Assembly: GCA_009103225.1 (NCBI GenBank)
Contig: RHPI01000810.1
Coordinates: 1,281,962-1,345,961 of the forward strand
Length of the DNA: 64,000 nucleotides
Source of the DNA: Chlorokybus atmophyticus
Taxonomy: Eukaryota; Plantae; Mesostigma and Chlorokybus algae
Direction: 5' to 3'
Shown here piece after piece: positions 38,403 through 52,019 of this stretch. The translations under genes and the position numbers were made by a program. The notes under the pieces are model-generated. The model had not been told where the DNA came from and did no database searches. It saw nothing but the letters and a program-made list of their open reading frames with translations. The first letter of the stretch is position 1, and the number at the start of each line of letters is the position of its first letter.

Positions 38403-40912
38403 CTACGAATCTATTGCTGCCGCCAATGCAGTATCTACAATCAACCTAGGCACTCTCTTCACCACCATATCAATGGGAATTGCAAAATTGACGCCAGAAG
38501 ACATCCCAGTCCCTATTCAACACAAGTTGATCAGTTACTTGCCTGCACCTACACTCATATGACATGCAACAAATGCCGATGCCCACATTGCGGCAACATG
38601 GTCCAGAATGTAACTCCACCTTGTCGTGTGAAGGTTGCGGTGTTGATGCCGATAACTCGCCCAAATGAGTCCAGCAGAGGGCCTCCAGAGTTGCCTGCAT
38701 GTAAAGCACAACCCAGGTTGAACACAAGCTAGACCTTGTGTAAGACTGCTGCTCTGCAAACAAGCACAGACATACCTGCATTGATTGCTGCATCGGTTTG
38801 GATGGCACCTGGGATGGCCCTTCCTGTAGGCGAAGGTATATTCCTTTTCAACCCACTAACAACCTGCTTTCACGACCAGCACATGAGCTGAGGTTGCAGG
38901 ACATATGGAAAAAGCCGGCAACAAGCAAGCAGTAACAGAAGTGAACCGCACCCCAACCGTTAGCGTGTGGTCGAACCCGTAAGGATTGCCGAGAGCATAG
39001 CAAGTCTGTCCCACGCGAACATCCAAGGATGTTCCCACACGTGCAGGCACCAGAGCTTCAGCAGGCGCATCAATCTGAGTTGCATACGAGATGATTAGCA
39101 ATACGCGTAGTCCTTTGAACTACCAACGCACACACTGCAACGCGCATTGCATCACCCTACTGCCATTGTGTTTTATGCAAATGCACCGCACAAGGATCAC
39201 ATGCATACGACACATGATGTGCGCAGTCGCAATGTGGAGGGTGTGGATCACAACACTGAGCTTACCACACCTTCAACACTGCAAGATCATTGGAGGGATC
39301 GGTACCCACTATGGATGCTTCATAGATCTGGAACTTCTTGTCTTTACCCAACAAAGTGACCTGACAGCGGGATAAACAACATTGTAAGTGATGTTGTAAT
39401 AAGCAACTACCACGAGGAGCATCTACTTAAACGCTGCATACCCACGCATATCACAGCACGCAAACTGACAACACATGCACATCAAGATGTCCACTCACTC
39501 TTGTTCTTTGCCTCCCTGTACTATCCATAGCCAACTTTGCGACAACATGGTAGTTTGTCACCTGCAAGCAGAGTCAGTCTGCTGCGCTTGTACGACAACA
39601 TACCCTCTTTGACACATATCACACCCCATCAAATCAGCCAACAACATAGAGTGAGCTTGTATACACTCACAATGTGTCCAAATCTGTCCCAAACAAAACC
39701 GGACCCGACTCCCTCCTGTCGCTCTTCACCGCTCCCATCTGCACGCTCATAATCCGTCACCGACACCACTGAGCTGGTGGCATCCTGCCAGACAACACAC
39801 CTCACAACCAGCTTGTGCTGTTTTCTTTTTTCATGCATATGAGGAACTGAGATGCAATCACCAACAGCATTGCAGCTGCGAGAGCTTTGATGCTCTATAA
39901 CAACCCATGCACACGCATTATAGCTGTGCATGCTTTACACATAACCGCGACCAACACGAACAACATGGATAACATTTGGACAGCCACATCAAGCATACAT
40001 GGCATGCATCACTGTGTACTGTTTCTGTGTCGAGAATACAGCTCAAAGAAACCTCAAATACTCTGACTGCAGGCTCATCCTCTGCAGTCAGATCGTAGTC
40101 GACCGCGGCGAGAGCAAGCTGACCATGGTCAGCTAACCGAGTGACGCCGGTCAGCAAGACCGCGGTTGCGCCCAATGCTGCGCGGCGTGTAGTTGAACAA
40201 GTAACCGAGCTGCTTCGCTGGCCCTGGAATAAGCATACGAGTTCAACTGTCATACAACACACTTATATAGATGCCACATGTGGAAAGGATTGTGATTGCA
40301 TACACATACAGAACCCTATGGCAATGCTGTACATGTCAAGAAACACGAACATACAAACAATGCGCATAGTTGTTGTATAACCGAGAGGCTTACTATCAAA
40401 AGCCTCTTGAAGCAATGCACTAAGTAGAAGCCGTAGCGGCATTGTTGTAGAGGCTAACCACGGCATCAACACAGTGCTGTAGGTCTGTGCGGGATGGTAT
40501 GAAAAATTACGAGCTACTGTTAATGCGATCTACCAGTTATCTTGTCTGCATGCATTGGGACATTGCATGCAAGCATGCTTGATCACCATCAAGGTGAGCA
40601 TGGCGATGGAATGCGTGTAATGCTTCTGAACATGCATGCTGCGTGCTGTTATAGCGCTGCACCAGAGCTTGCTGGGCTTGTTTCTGCACACAACCAACCA
40701 CAAACACAACGCATCCAAGCACGCAGTCTTCAGAAGACAAACATGAAGCAACCCATGGCAGGCGGACCCACCTGCGGCTTGTCCTCAGCACCAGCGGCGG
40801 CAGCAATGGGCTGTACTCGCCTCTGCTTTCCACTGCTGCGCCCATGCAGTGCCACCAAGCCGGCCGGCCTGCACACCGCCGACGCCACCGCCGACACCGC
40901 CGCTGACGCCAT
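38403..40912 (-). CDS. DEG5: Thylakoid-lumen serine protease DEG5 (HtrA family, no PDZ), copy B, apparently intact
   Basis: [11 protein letters not shown] transit peptide, TTRRAALG twin-Arg signal, [15 protein letters not shown]|[70 protein letters not shown]; ends shortly after the protease domain (TAG 38403-38405), as DEG5 does. Confidence 0.9.
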
Positions 40913-41104
40913 GGCAGGGTGTATGCGCCTTATGCATTTACTGCTCAGGGTTTAGGTTCAATAAATTAGTGAAGTGAACCGAACGAAGGACTGGTTCATT
41001 GAGGCTACTGATCCCAACATGTTGGTTACGCAGTGCTGAGTTGTGCTTGCGTCTTGCTCAGCTCATGTAACCACCAGGCCAGGCCGGACTAGGCCTGGGC
41101 GGGG

Positions 41105-44100
41105 ATGGCCATGGCGGTCGCGGCGGCGGCGCTGACGTGGGTGACGCTGCTTTCTGTTGTGGCCAACGCTGCAGTGACGGGACCTGACGGCGATGCCCTG
41201 ATCTACGACCCCCTGGCAGGTTGGTGGAGTGGCATTGCTGAAAGGTGTGCTCGTTTCGGGTGTGTCTACTCAGTATCAAACAACATTCAGGCAGCGAGGC
41301 TGTCAACGTATCTGTCGACTAGTCAACTGGTGAACTGCATGCAAGTTGCACGACAGAACTTGCAATTCAGGCGCATTGCAGGTCCAATCAACCTGCAGCA
41401 ATGAGGCATGCTTTACCATGCTAGTGTTGTCTGAAGTAGTATTCCGTGTCAACTTAAACATGCTGAGTACATCTGGCGCAGCAGACGATGATATTGCTGC
41501 CCCCGAGAGGGGTAATTCAGCACCAGTGTGCCAATATATTGGTTTGAAGGAAGGTATTGCTAAAGCCTTACTTTTGTTAATCACCGCACACGTTTCTCTT
41601 CATGCTTCGCCACCTGTTGCACACTACTTGTACTTGTTACACACCCATACACATGCAAAGTTTTGTCGCTTCAGCCACCTGGTCGCAATTCATCCACTGA
41701 GTTGTCAGCTTCAATGAAACGGTTACCACAGTCAGGCAGTATGTATGTGACGTGCTATGTGAGGAAGTACCAAATGTACACACCCGCCCCTTGGTGCCAG
41801 CTATATGAGTAAGTACTGAAACAATCAGTCTGGTGTTAGCTTCATCACCAGAATGTTCGTGCGTTCAGACTCAGCTCCATCTCCACTTTGCATCCGCTGC
41901 GTCTCCAACGGTGGCACATGTGTCCCACCCGACCCGTACGCAAAGCAAGCGGATGGAGCCATCCCTTTACTCCTGCTGAACAGTACGAGTCAGTGGTCGT
42001 GTGAATGCCCTTACGGCTATGGCGGCGAAGACTGTGGCAAAACGCTGCTGCCGGCATGCACGCTGCCAGACGGATTTGTTCTTTCTTGCAGGTGCTTTTA
42101 TGCATGGTGTGTGAGCGCGCATGCGCATGTGCGCGCTTGTGGGTGCATGCGTGCATGTACAGAAGCGTGTGTAAGTGTGTTGTTCTTGATGTGTGTGTGC
42201 GTTTGCGTGTGCACAGTGACAATTGTTGCGCTTACTGCAGGGACACGCTGCAGATGAAGCCTTGTGAGTGTCACAGACAATGCAAAGCGCTTGGCCGAGT
42301 GCGTCACAGCCGCCAAGTGTGTACTATGCTTGTCCTGTGTCTACTCTAAGCAACCAATGTGTGTTCACCTCCTGATGTTGTTGTAGATATGCTACGAAGA
42401 CCCGGACAACCCTCATCCCGAGCTCAGTGCTGGCGTGTTCCCACCCGCCAAGGAGTTCCGCTTCTACAAGTGGTTCGACTCGTAAGTGTGTTCCAGTTGT
42501 CGACATATTGCATACTGGTATTGTGCATCCCACAATGAGAAGAAAGCTTTGACGTAAAGCGCTTACCCAACCACCACCAATGCACTTGAACGCATACATG
42601 AAACCACCACGCGCACATGCATGCATGCTTGCACGCACGGCCTCCCTTTCTGACTAACCAACAGGTTGGACCCCCTGCATGAGATCACAGCCGAGGCAGT
42701 GGAGAAGGACTACGCTCCCGGGCCAAAGTGCCGTGGCGGCTGCAGTGGCAGAGGGGTGTGCTGGAGCGCTCATCACTGTGACTGCATGCCAGGCTTTGGA
42801 GGTGTGCATGTATGTGCGCGCATAGGCGCGTGTGCGTGTGCATGCGCGCACGTGAGAGTGCGTGCACGTTTGCGCGTGCGTACGTGTGTCTGTCCTTGTA
42901 CGCTTGAGGAATCATTTGCCACTGCGTGTCAATTCACAAGTTCGCATGTCTGAACTGGCAGAGCACAGTGTGTGTGTGTAGCATGCATCTAACATTGCGT
43001 GTGTGCAGGTGATGAGTGCCAGTACTCGCGCAATATCTATTGCCTGAACGCGTGTTCAAGAGCGGGACGGTGTGACCGTGGGTTCTGCCGCTGCGATGCG
43101 GGACGTTACGGGTTCGATTGCTCGCTCCCGCGCTCATTGCCAGCACCACAAATAACAGATAACACAGCAGCATACCCCAAGATATATGTATACGAGCTGC
43201 CTGCAACAATATCCAGTTGGTACCTTGCTGAAGACGGCTGGAAGTCTGATAACGAGTTCATAGTATGTCTTCGCAGTTGCGTGTGGTGGTGTTATGTATG
43301 TCCATGCGTATGCGCGTGTGCATGTTCATCTGTGAGTCTGTATGCATGTATGTTTGGCACTTCAACATTCCCTGTTTGCAGGTCAGTGGGTGGATCTATG
43401 GAGGCTGGCGGTACTTTCTGCAAAGTCTTAACCAATCGCCTTATCGCACAACAAACCCAGAAGGTGATAATCACACTTGTGTTTGTGGGTGTACGTGCTC
43501 GTGCGCGCACGCGTGAACACTGCTTGCCAGAAAGTTCAAGTTCAGTGCGACAAGATGCTGACTGGGTGCGGATTGATAACAGAGGCGGACTTGTTCTTCA
43601 TGCCAATGTGGATCACAATTATCGGCATGAACTTGGGCCCATTTGACTGGCGGATGCGCGATGTCATCAAATACGTTCGCGATAAGTACCCGTATTGGGA
43701 CAGGCGCAATGGTGCTGACCACATATTCATTCAGTCCCAGGTAAGGTGAGGTACTCGCATGCGTGTGAATCACACTGTTTGTCGTCATGTGTTTATGGTT
43801 TGTGTCATGAAGGACGCGGGCCCGTGTTTTGTGCCCAACGACTTGAGGACCCCAATAATGATGGGCCATTTCGCGCGCACGGTGAAATGGCCAATGTCTA
43901 CCCGCCAGTTTGGGCCTTGCTGGAACGCCACGAAGGACATCTCACTGCCTCCTCTCTTAGACGATAGGCAAGTTGCATCGCAAGTTGCCATTTGATGATA
44001 TTGCCAATGATTGACAAATACATCACAACTGTTGCCTGCAGATGGGCAGCCAACAACTACTACCTGCGGTCTCCCGAGGCTCGGCCCAAAAGCCGCACGA

Positions 44101-44860
44101 CACTGTTTTACTTCTCCGGTGATTATAGAGAAGACACGCCAGACTATTCTGATGGCGTGCGTCAGGTACGTAACTTCATTAAGAAGTATACACATGTGTC
44201 CCATCCTCATCACCATCTTATGCATACCTTAGGCCATCAAGAGGCTATACGTAAATACGACCGGGTTCAAAGTTATCAGGTCAAGTCCAGACATGCTCTG
44301 GGACATGATGGAGTCCATTTTCTGCCTTGCGCCAACGGGCTTCGGGTGGGGCTTGCGCTTGTCCGCGGCCGTTGCGTATGGCTGCATACCTGTTATCATA
44401 CAGGTGCGCAACACTCTATTGGAATGTGTTGATGTGCGTTGCAATTTATAGCCATTTCATGATGTAAACGCGTGGCGCACTGCTGTCGCTTGAGCGCATC
44501 ATGAGCTTTGTTGAGCTTTTGAAGCAACCATGTGTTGTATTGCAAGATCTTATTCCCAAAATGTACATACATCATATCATAGACCATACAACATTGTAGG
44601 ATGACACCGTGCAACCATTTGAAGACTTCATTCCTTATGAAGAGTTTTCAGTGCGGATGTCACAAGCTGACATACCTAAGTTGGAACAAGTGCTGCGAGC
44701 ATTGACACGGGAGGAGATTAGTCGCAAGCAAGACGCATTGACAAGGGTTTGGCGACACTTCTTATGGCAAACGCCAGGTACTGCTTTCATGAGCACTATG
44801 AAGTTGTTAGCGAGGCGTGCGATTGATGTACAAAAATGGTGGCCGAGTCAACAAACTTGA
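41105..44860 (+). CDS. Exostosin-family (GT47) glycosyltransferase with signal peptide/anchor and EGF-like repeats, multi-exon
   Basis: Hydrophobic N-terminus; EGF-like CECPYGYGGEDC, CSGRGVC...CDCMPGFGG, CLNACSRAGRCDRGFCRCDAGRYGFDCS; GT47 motifs PKIYVYELP, SPYRTTNPEEADLFFMP, PYWDRRNGADHIF, LFYFSG, FCLAPTGFGWGLRL..AV.YGCIPVIIQD, QPFEDFIPYEEFSVR. Confidence 0.93.
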
Positions 44861-46813
44861 CATTATACATAGATTGAAGTCATTGCCTTATGTAATGAAT
44901 TGTAGAAGCAATACTAATGCTGAAATCATGACTTACAATTTGCATTGTTAGTACCTGAAGCATACTCTTGGATCCAATAGGTGGTATATGCTTCTTACAT
45001 GCGAGTGAGATGCTACCTTGGTCACCAATATGTATGCACTACACTATTGTTGATGGACAAGCTAACGATTCAGCCCCCATTGAGGTCTGCATTCCAAGTG
45101 GACATGCTGGAGTTCATTAACCTCTACGCGCAGCCCCAAACCCAATGCACAGTTAAATGTTCACAAACATACTACAAAATGAGGTGTGATCACCGTGACT
45201 TTGTCACATTGCATCAAGAGGAATCAAAGCCGCATTAAGAACAGCGCAAGTTGTAATAACAAAACTGCATGTAGAGTGCGGTAGAGAACCCCCTCATTAG
45301 TATTGTAGGCATGCATAATACTGTCCGGGTCCAAGTAATTATTCCTATACCACCCTTACCAATTACCAGGCATATCGGTTCATGACATGACAAGGTGTTG
45401 CATGTAACTACATTAATGCATTCCAACAGCCGTTTCCGTATGCAATTGACGTATGCAATTGACAGCCTTACACACCACCATAATCATTGCTGTGGATTGC
45501 AGCTATGCTTCAGCCTCAGCAGCAAGCAGTAAGCCAATGAAGATTTACTGATGGGATGGCTTCAACCAATCAAGGATAGCTGTGCAGCAAATGGTTGGTA
45601 CTGACCTATGACAGTGGTGATGCGGCTGCACGCACATGACCACACATGCACATGGGACCACGCCATCATGTATGCGAGTGTGTACGAGAATGTTGGAAGC
45701 CACATCGTGCCAATAGCGGTGTGAAAGCCTTCATTATGTTATTGCAACGGAGATGGGACATCCTACTTCACCCTGAGTGGAGTGTATTTCATACAACCAA
45801 AGTGTACTAACTGTCATAAGTACATAAAGAGGCCCTCATCTCCAACCGGTGCCCTACACATCAGTGCACAGTGCACTTCAATCATTTGCTCTCATCTCAA
45901 AGCAGTCCCCGGCAAAAGAGGCCTTTTTGTCAGAAGCGGCATTACATACGCTATTACTGTTTGAGGTGTCATGTCCGCTGCCTTGCAGCAATGGTAATAA
46001 TCACACCTCGTTCACTATGAACTCTATGCCCGAGAACACTGTGGGCTTGCTGTACTGCAGGAACCAGCACTGGTAGATGCTGGTAACAGCTTTTTCAAGG
46101 TATGTACATATATGCAAGGTGGTGCAGGGAGGTGTTGTTCTGCCTGGTGTGAGCGGGGCCCTGTTGCCTGGCAGGCCAGTGTAATTCAGGCACACCACAT
46201 CGGGTGATAATGCGCGGGGGTCTCAGCAGGGCATATTCTTAAAGGCCACTTTGTTGTAGCGCTCTTCATACCGCCTGCACGCTGTGGGTGCAGGCAGCAC
46301 ACAAGGCTTGCCCCCCTTTCTAGAGGAGGTCGTCCTCGCGAATGTAGTATTCGAGCACTCCAAGACCGCGCCCAGGTCCGATGCAAGGCAAGGCACCAAC
46401 TGCGCACATTACATTATGTAGGGAGTGAATAAGTGCGTGTATGCGCGTGTCGATTCCCATGCCAATGTGTCCAATAAGTGAGTCTATGAGTATCCGTGCA
46501 CAATGTCTGCAAGTCAATTAGAGCAGCTGTACGACTTGCATGCGTATGTCTACGTACGTGGCTGCTATCATTTGCGCAAGTAAGTGGCAGCCATACCGCA
46601 GCCGCCAAGCTCTTCACCCGCCTACGTCCATTGTGTACATGACATCGAGACAACGGATGAATTCTGGTAATGCCGCCTACTCATGCAGCACTGCGAGTCT
46701 CAGACTCGCATAAAGTGACTGGCAGATCACTACAGAACTAAAGTGGAGGCAGAGCTTTTGTCCACCTCCTCCTCCTCGTCCAGCTCTCCGTCCTCCTGCT
46801 GCAGCAACAATGG

Positions 46814-47029
46814 TAGGGGAGGCAATCTTATAACATATTCCGGCAGCGCTGCCAAGCAAGAGCACCCCGTTAAGTCCAACATCGTTAGAGCAGCACTCAT
46901 GGAAGGACTCGGGCAGCGCCGCCAAGCTGCCGCACCCACTCAGGTATAGCTCTTGAGGGGCAGCAAGCTTGTAAAACAAACCTGCAATGTTGCCAAGTTG
47001 TCGCACTCATTGTAATCTAGCTTTTGCAG
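46814..47029 (-). pseudogene. Relic of three plant-NLR-type 24-aa leucine-rich repeats, two frameshifts
   Basis: Across three frames: LQKLDYNECDNLATLQVCFTSL / QELYLSGCGSLAALPESF / ALTMLDLTGCSCLAALPEYVIRLPPL, fitting LxxLxLxxCxxLxxLPxx. Confidence 0.75.
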
Positions 47030-47309
47030 AGTAGGGGAAGCAGGTGGTGGGGACGAAAAGGAAGGAAGGGGGCAAACGGCTCAGAGTTAGCGAGTCAATT
47101 TATCACATGTGCATACTCATCGAGTGCAACTGTGGTGGCCACGCAGACACACGCGCGCACGCACGCACGTTGTCCATTGTTATGGTTGACAATGCGGAAG
47201 CATGCGCAGATCTTCTTTCCGTTGAGGGTTCGGCACGCTCCCTCCCATTTTTTAATGCCACTCATTACCCTCTGGATGTTCTTATTGTTACCCAAACACA
47301 CCAGCTGGG

Positions 47310-49340
47310 CGAGAGCGTCCTACCGCCCGTCAACATCTCGAACCCAAATGCGAGTGAGTCCGAAGATTGACAAGGGCACAGCAGGTCTTTCAACTCTATC
47401 CATGCATTGAGCATTGCCACACGCGGTGGTGCTGAGATAGTGGCGCATGGCATATGCGCGGTGTTGGACACCCACCTTAAGCATGTGGTGCTGCAGCTGG
47501 ACATCACCAACGCCGCGTTGGCAAAGGCCTTCAACTTCGTTGATTGCGCAGCCATGTTTGAGGAGTTGCGGGCTGGCCCTTTCGCCCCTTTCATTCCCTT
47601 CATGCGATGCTTCTACACTCTCCCTCGCTGCTGATGCACAGCCGAGTCAACCGCATTGAGCGCATCCTTTCCGCGACAGGCACCCGGCAAGGGGATCCTC
47701 CAACCGATTGTACGCGCTCGTGCATACCCGTGTGGTTAGTAATGTGGTTAGTAATGTGGTTAGTAATGTTCTTGCCCAGTACACCACCGTATTGTTTCCT
47801 ATGTACGCCGATGACACATTCCTGATTGGCCCAACTGAGGACGTAACGGCGGCAGCAGTGGAGGTGCGCGCTGCTCTGAGGTAAGTGGGCTTAAGGCTTA
47901 AGTGGGCTTGCATGTGCGTTGCAACAACTCGTGCGCCTTCAGCCGTTCAGAGGTTCCTGACATCTTTTCGTGAAGAGTGAAGATGCGCACGAGCGTCGAT
48001 GACTTCACTGCGCTAAAGGTGCCTTAAGGATCAAATGCCACCGTTGTTGCTGCCTGCATCAATTGTTTGGACCGGATGATAACGGCGTTGCGCGTATTGC
48101 GGCACATGCGCAATCCGCAGGTTGCCACTTTGCTGCTAACAAGCTGCATTGCTGGCCGTCTTGCCTACCTCATGCGGAATGTGGCCCCCTTCAGCAGCTG
48201 TTAGCCTTCAACAGGGCTCTGCTAAACTGTTTTGCCCATGTCATGCATATGGCGGACGTTTCGAAGGTGCTCAGCTCGCGCGTAAGTTAGCAGCTAGCGT
48301 TGCCTGTTGATATGCGCGGCGTTGGCTTGCGTGCCATGGCCGAGAGATGGCGCCAGCAGCATTTGTTGACAATTTGGCGATGGCGGCGTCCGTGCTCATT
48401 TGTCGCTTTGCATCAGTGGGGTCTACGCCCGACTCTGACCTGACTGTTGCCATCGTCACTGCTTCCAGCATTCTAACCACTCTCCCCTTCCAACGAGCAA
48501 TGCGTGATGCGGTTGCTCAGCTGACACTTTGCACCAAAGGTTTTGGGTGCTTTCACAACGTTACAAAGCCTGTGTCTGTAAGAGGACCTCACCACAGCCA
48601 TTGACACCACAGCTCGCGGTCAGCTACAGACAGAATTGGCAGTGATCTCTGTTGCGAACGCTACTCGTTGCAATCGGCTTCGGGAGGAGGTGCAGGTGCT
48701 TGGTTGACGGCGGTTCCTGCGCACCGGAATCACCGCTTTTTAGACTTCGAGTTCCGCACAGCCATGCGTCACCTGCTTGGTTGGCCACACCCACTCCTAG
48801 CACATGTGCAGCTTTGTTCATGTGGTTATCAGCTCACCAGTGCCCGAGACGAGCATATGACATCTTGTATGCGCCATGGCCATCACAACGTGACACACGA
48901 TGATGTGCGCGACGCTGTTGCTTGCATAATGCGGGAGACGAGCTTCACCGTCGGGGTCGAGACTCGCGCATGCTGCTCGACGTCACCATCACCGGCAGCC
49001 ACTACCTAGCGGGATCAGCTGCACAGAGTGCGGAGGGCGAGAAGCGCTGCAAGTACTGGGGCAATCTCTCAACGGACACGTTGATCAGGTTGGCGATCGA
49101 GTCGCACGGTTGGATGGGTCGCCCGTCGATGGACTCGCTAGCCACTTGTGCACGCCGAGCGTTGGATGCTCGTGAGTTGGAGATGCGGTATCTATCACGC
49201 TGTGATTGCCTTCCGCCAGCGCATAACTGTCACGTTCCAGCGCGCGGAGGCCACAGCCATTATGGCTCTAGCTGCAGCGCACGCGGCCCCGTCCTTGCGG
49301 GTGCACGATAGACAGCATGCAGCGCTTGAGGACATTGCTC
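47310..49340 (+). mobile_element. Degenerate non-LTR retrotransposon with RT and restriction-like endonuclease (CRE-clade-like)
   Basis: Broken frames give GGAEIVAH..VLQLDI.NA..AFNFVD, TGTRQGDP, FLYADDTFLIG, WLTAVP...FRTAMRHLLG, CSCG..EHM.SC, THDDVRDAV, LLDVTI, AQSAEGEKRCKY, LAIESHGWMG; many stops and frameshifts. Confidence 0.8.
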
Positions 49341-49433
49341 TTGTGCAGCCCACTGTATGATTGTTTGCGAACAGTAGCGTTGTACACTACACACCACAAG
49401 CATTAGTTGGCCCCCGTGTAATGTATTCGTAAT

Positions 49434-50560
49434 GTGGCCTCCCCGAAGATCGGCATCACATCGCTGGCAAAGGGGCGGCTGGAAGCGTATGGGTTGGACA
49501 ATGTCGTGTGCTCGCTGTCGCCCGACAACGGCGAGCTGGAGGCGGACTGCGTCCCCTTCCAGGCCGGGTCCTTCGTTGGCAAAATCGCCAATGGTGGACA
49601 CTCCTCTGTTTCCATCAGGTCTCCACTGGCTTCTTCACCCACAACACGACTACGTCTATGGCACCGGGAGAGGAGTACATCACCAACAACAGTTTTGCCC
49701 AACGCAACTCCCTGCCCGTCCTCTTCCGCTGCGCCTTCAAGAAGTCCACACTGCAGCAGCCGCCTTGCAAGGCTGTGCTCCCGGTTTGTGACCTTGTTGG
49801 TTACACTTTCACAACATGAACAACAATAAGCTGGTACACAGGTGACTGCTCGTGTCTTTGCGCGCGCACACATCCATGGCTGCATGGCTGCATGTATGTG
49901 GATGCTCCACGACTACTCTTCTTGTGCACAGGCGCGCACACGCAGGCACACGCTTACATGCACATGCCAATGTGCAGGCATATGGACAACAAATTGGAGG
50001 TCCCTGACAGGCCGCGGCTTGTTGGCGTCCCCAAAGCGGCCGGCGGTGTATGGGGACCACGTCGTGTGCGTGGTGGGCGACCGCTTGGCGACCAACAACC
50101 CGCGGAGAGCGGTGTACATCATCACCTGCAGAGGGGAGGACTTCACCTGCACACGCACACCAACATATCAACTTCCGGCACTTTCACCCAACCGCAACAC
50201 ATTCGGGGTCGTGAGTGAGGCACGCACGCATACATACACCTATATCTTGCTATCAAAACCCAAATTGAGTAAACAAACTAGAATTCATACACTGGTGTTG
50301 CACCAGCTGCCCCGGTAAAGCTCAGCGCATACGTCGCATCAATACGTCACAACCACAAACGATTGCCTGCTGGCAAGTTGCAGTCCAACAATGCTACTTG
50401 CTTTTGTTTGCTCACTTACACGTCCCCTGTGCTACTGTAGCCCACCCGCTCCGGGGTACGTGACGACAATGGGTGTATTGTTGTTCGCACTTGAATCGGT
50501 ATACGACGGTGGTCAGGCCTCGCACGTGCAGCTGACCGACTGCAAGTTAGACCAGACTAC
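49434..50560 (+). pseudogene. Fragment of an unidentified intron-containing gene, frameshifted near 49610 and apparently 5'-truncated
   Basis: Strong C/G third-position bias in frames KIGITSLAKGRLEAYGLDNVVC... and STGFFTHN...LFRCAFKK; tgtgcag|GC acceptor near 49977 with exon GIWTTNWRSLTGRG...YIITCRGEDFTC...TFGV|GTGAGT; further exon PPAPGYVTTMG. No family recognised. Confidence 0.4.
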
Positions 50561-50603
50561 CCCAATGCATCAGTGGTGTGGTTGTGCAAGGAGTTTGATT
50601 GTT

Positions 50604-51540
<937 letters not shown>

Positions 51541-52019
51541 ACTCATGCACGCATGCATGACTGAGCTAGCTGTCAGTCATGTTAGCACGGTTTGCTGTAG
51601 TGTAGCATTTTGAAATCAGTTATGCGCGCACGCAGGTAGCTTAAGTACACGCGCACAGCCACGATCACCAATGTCCGCATGCACGCAGCCACACACCTGT
51701 TCGCATTGCATGTCCGCATGTACATGCGCACACAGAGAGACACACAGTGACGCACGCATCCTAGTATATGCTCAGGTTTTGAGTATGAGCACATCATGTC
51801 AACTCATATGCTGTATACTGCTCTCACACATTAAAACATACACATACATGCAGACTCAAGTGGACACATATGCAGGCACGCAACTTCAGCGTCAAACTAC
51901 TACAAGCGTGCAATCTCCATAATTTACAAAGCTTATTTGTAAAGCTTAAATACAAAGTCCCTTTCATCTCTTGACAAGGTGGAGTACACCCTGTCAAGGC
52001 GAGAGGAAGGCACCGCAAC

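Noticed and set aside
45000-46660. Possible decayed minus-strand gene (GWYRNNYLDPDS, RRYEERYNKVAFKNMP, LVIGKGGIG)
   Set aside because: Multiple stops, no consistent exon chain and no recognisable family; the GxGxxG-like word is in a different frame and likely chance.
49434-49620. NGGHSS as the lipase nucleophile elbow that could partner the EP gene
   Set aside because: It is not G-x-S-x-G, lies on the opposite strand, is frameshifted and is separated from the EP gene by the gap.
51541-52019. A CACTA-type end that would make the TIR-EP gene transposon cargo
   Set aside because: Only incidental CACAG/CAGTG words within CA-rich sequence; no subterminal repeats or TIR match.
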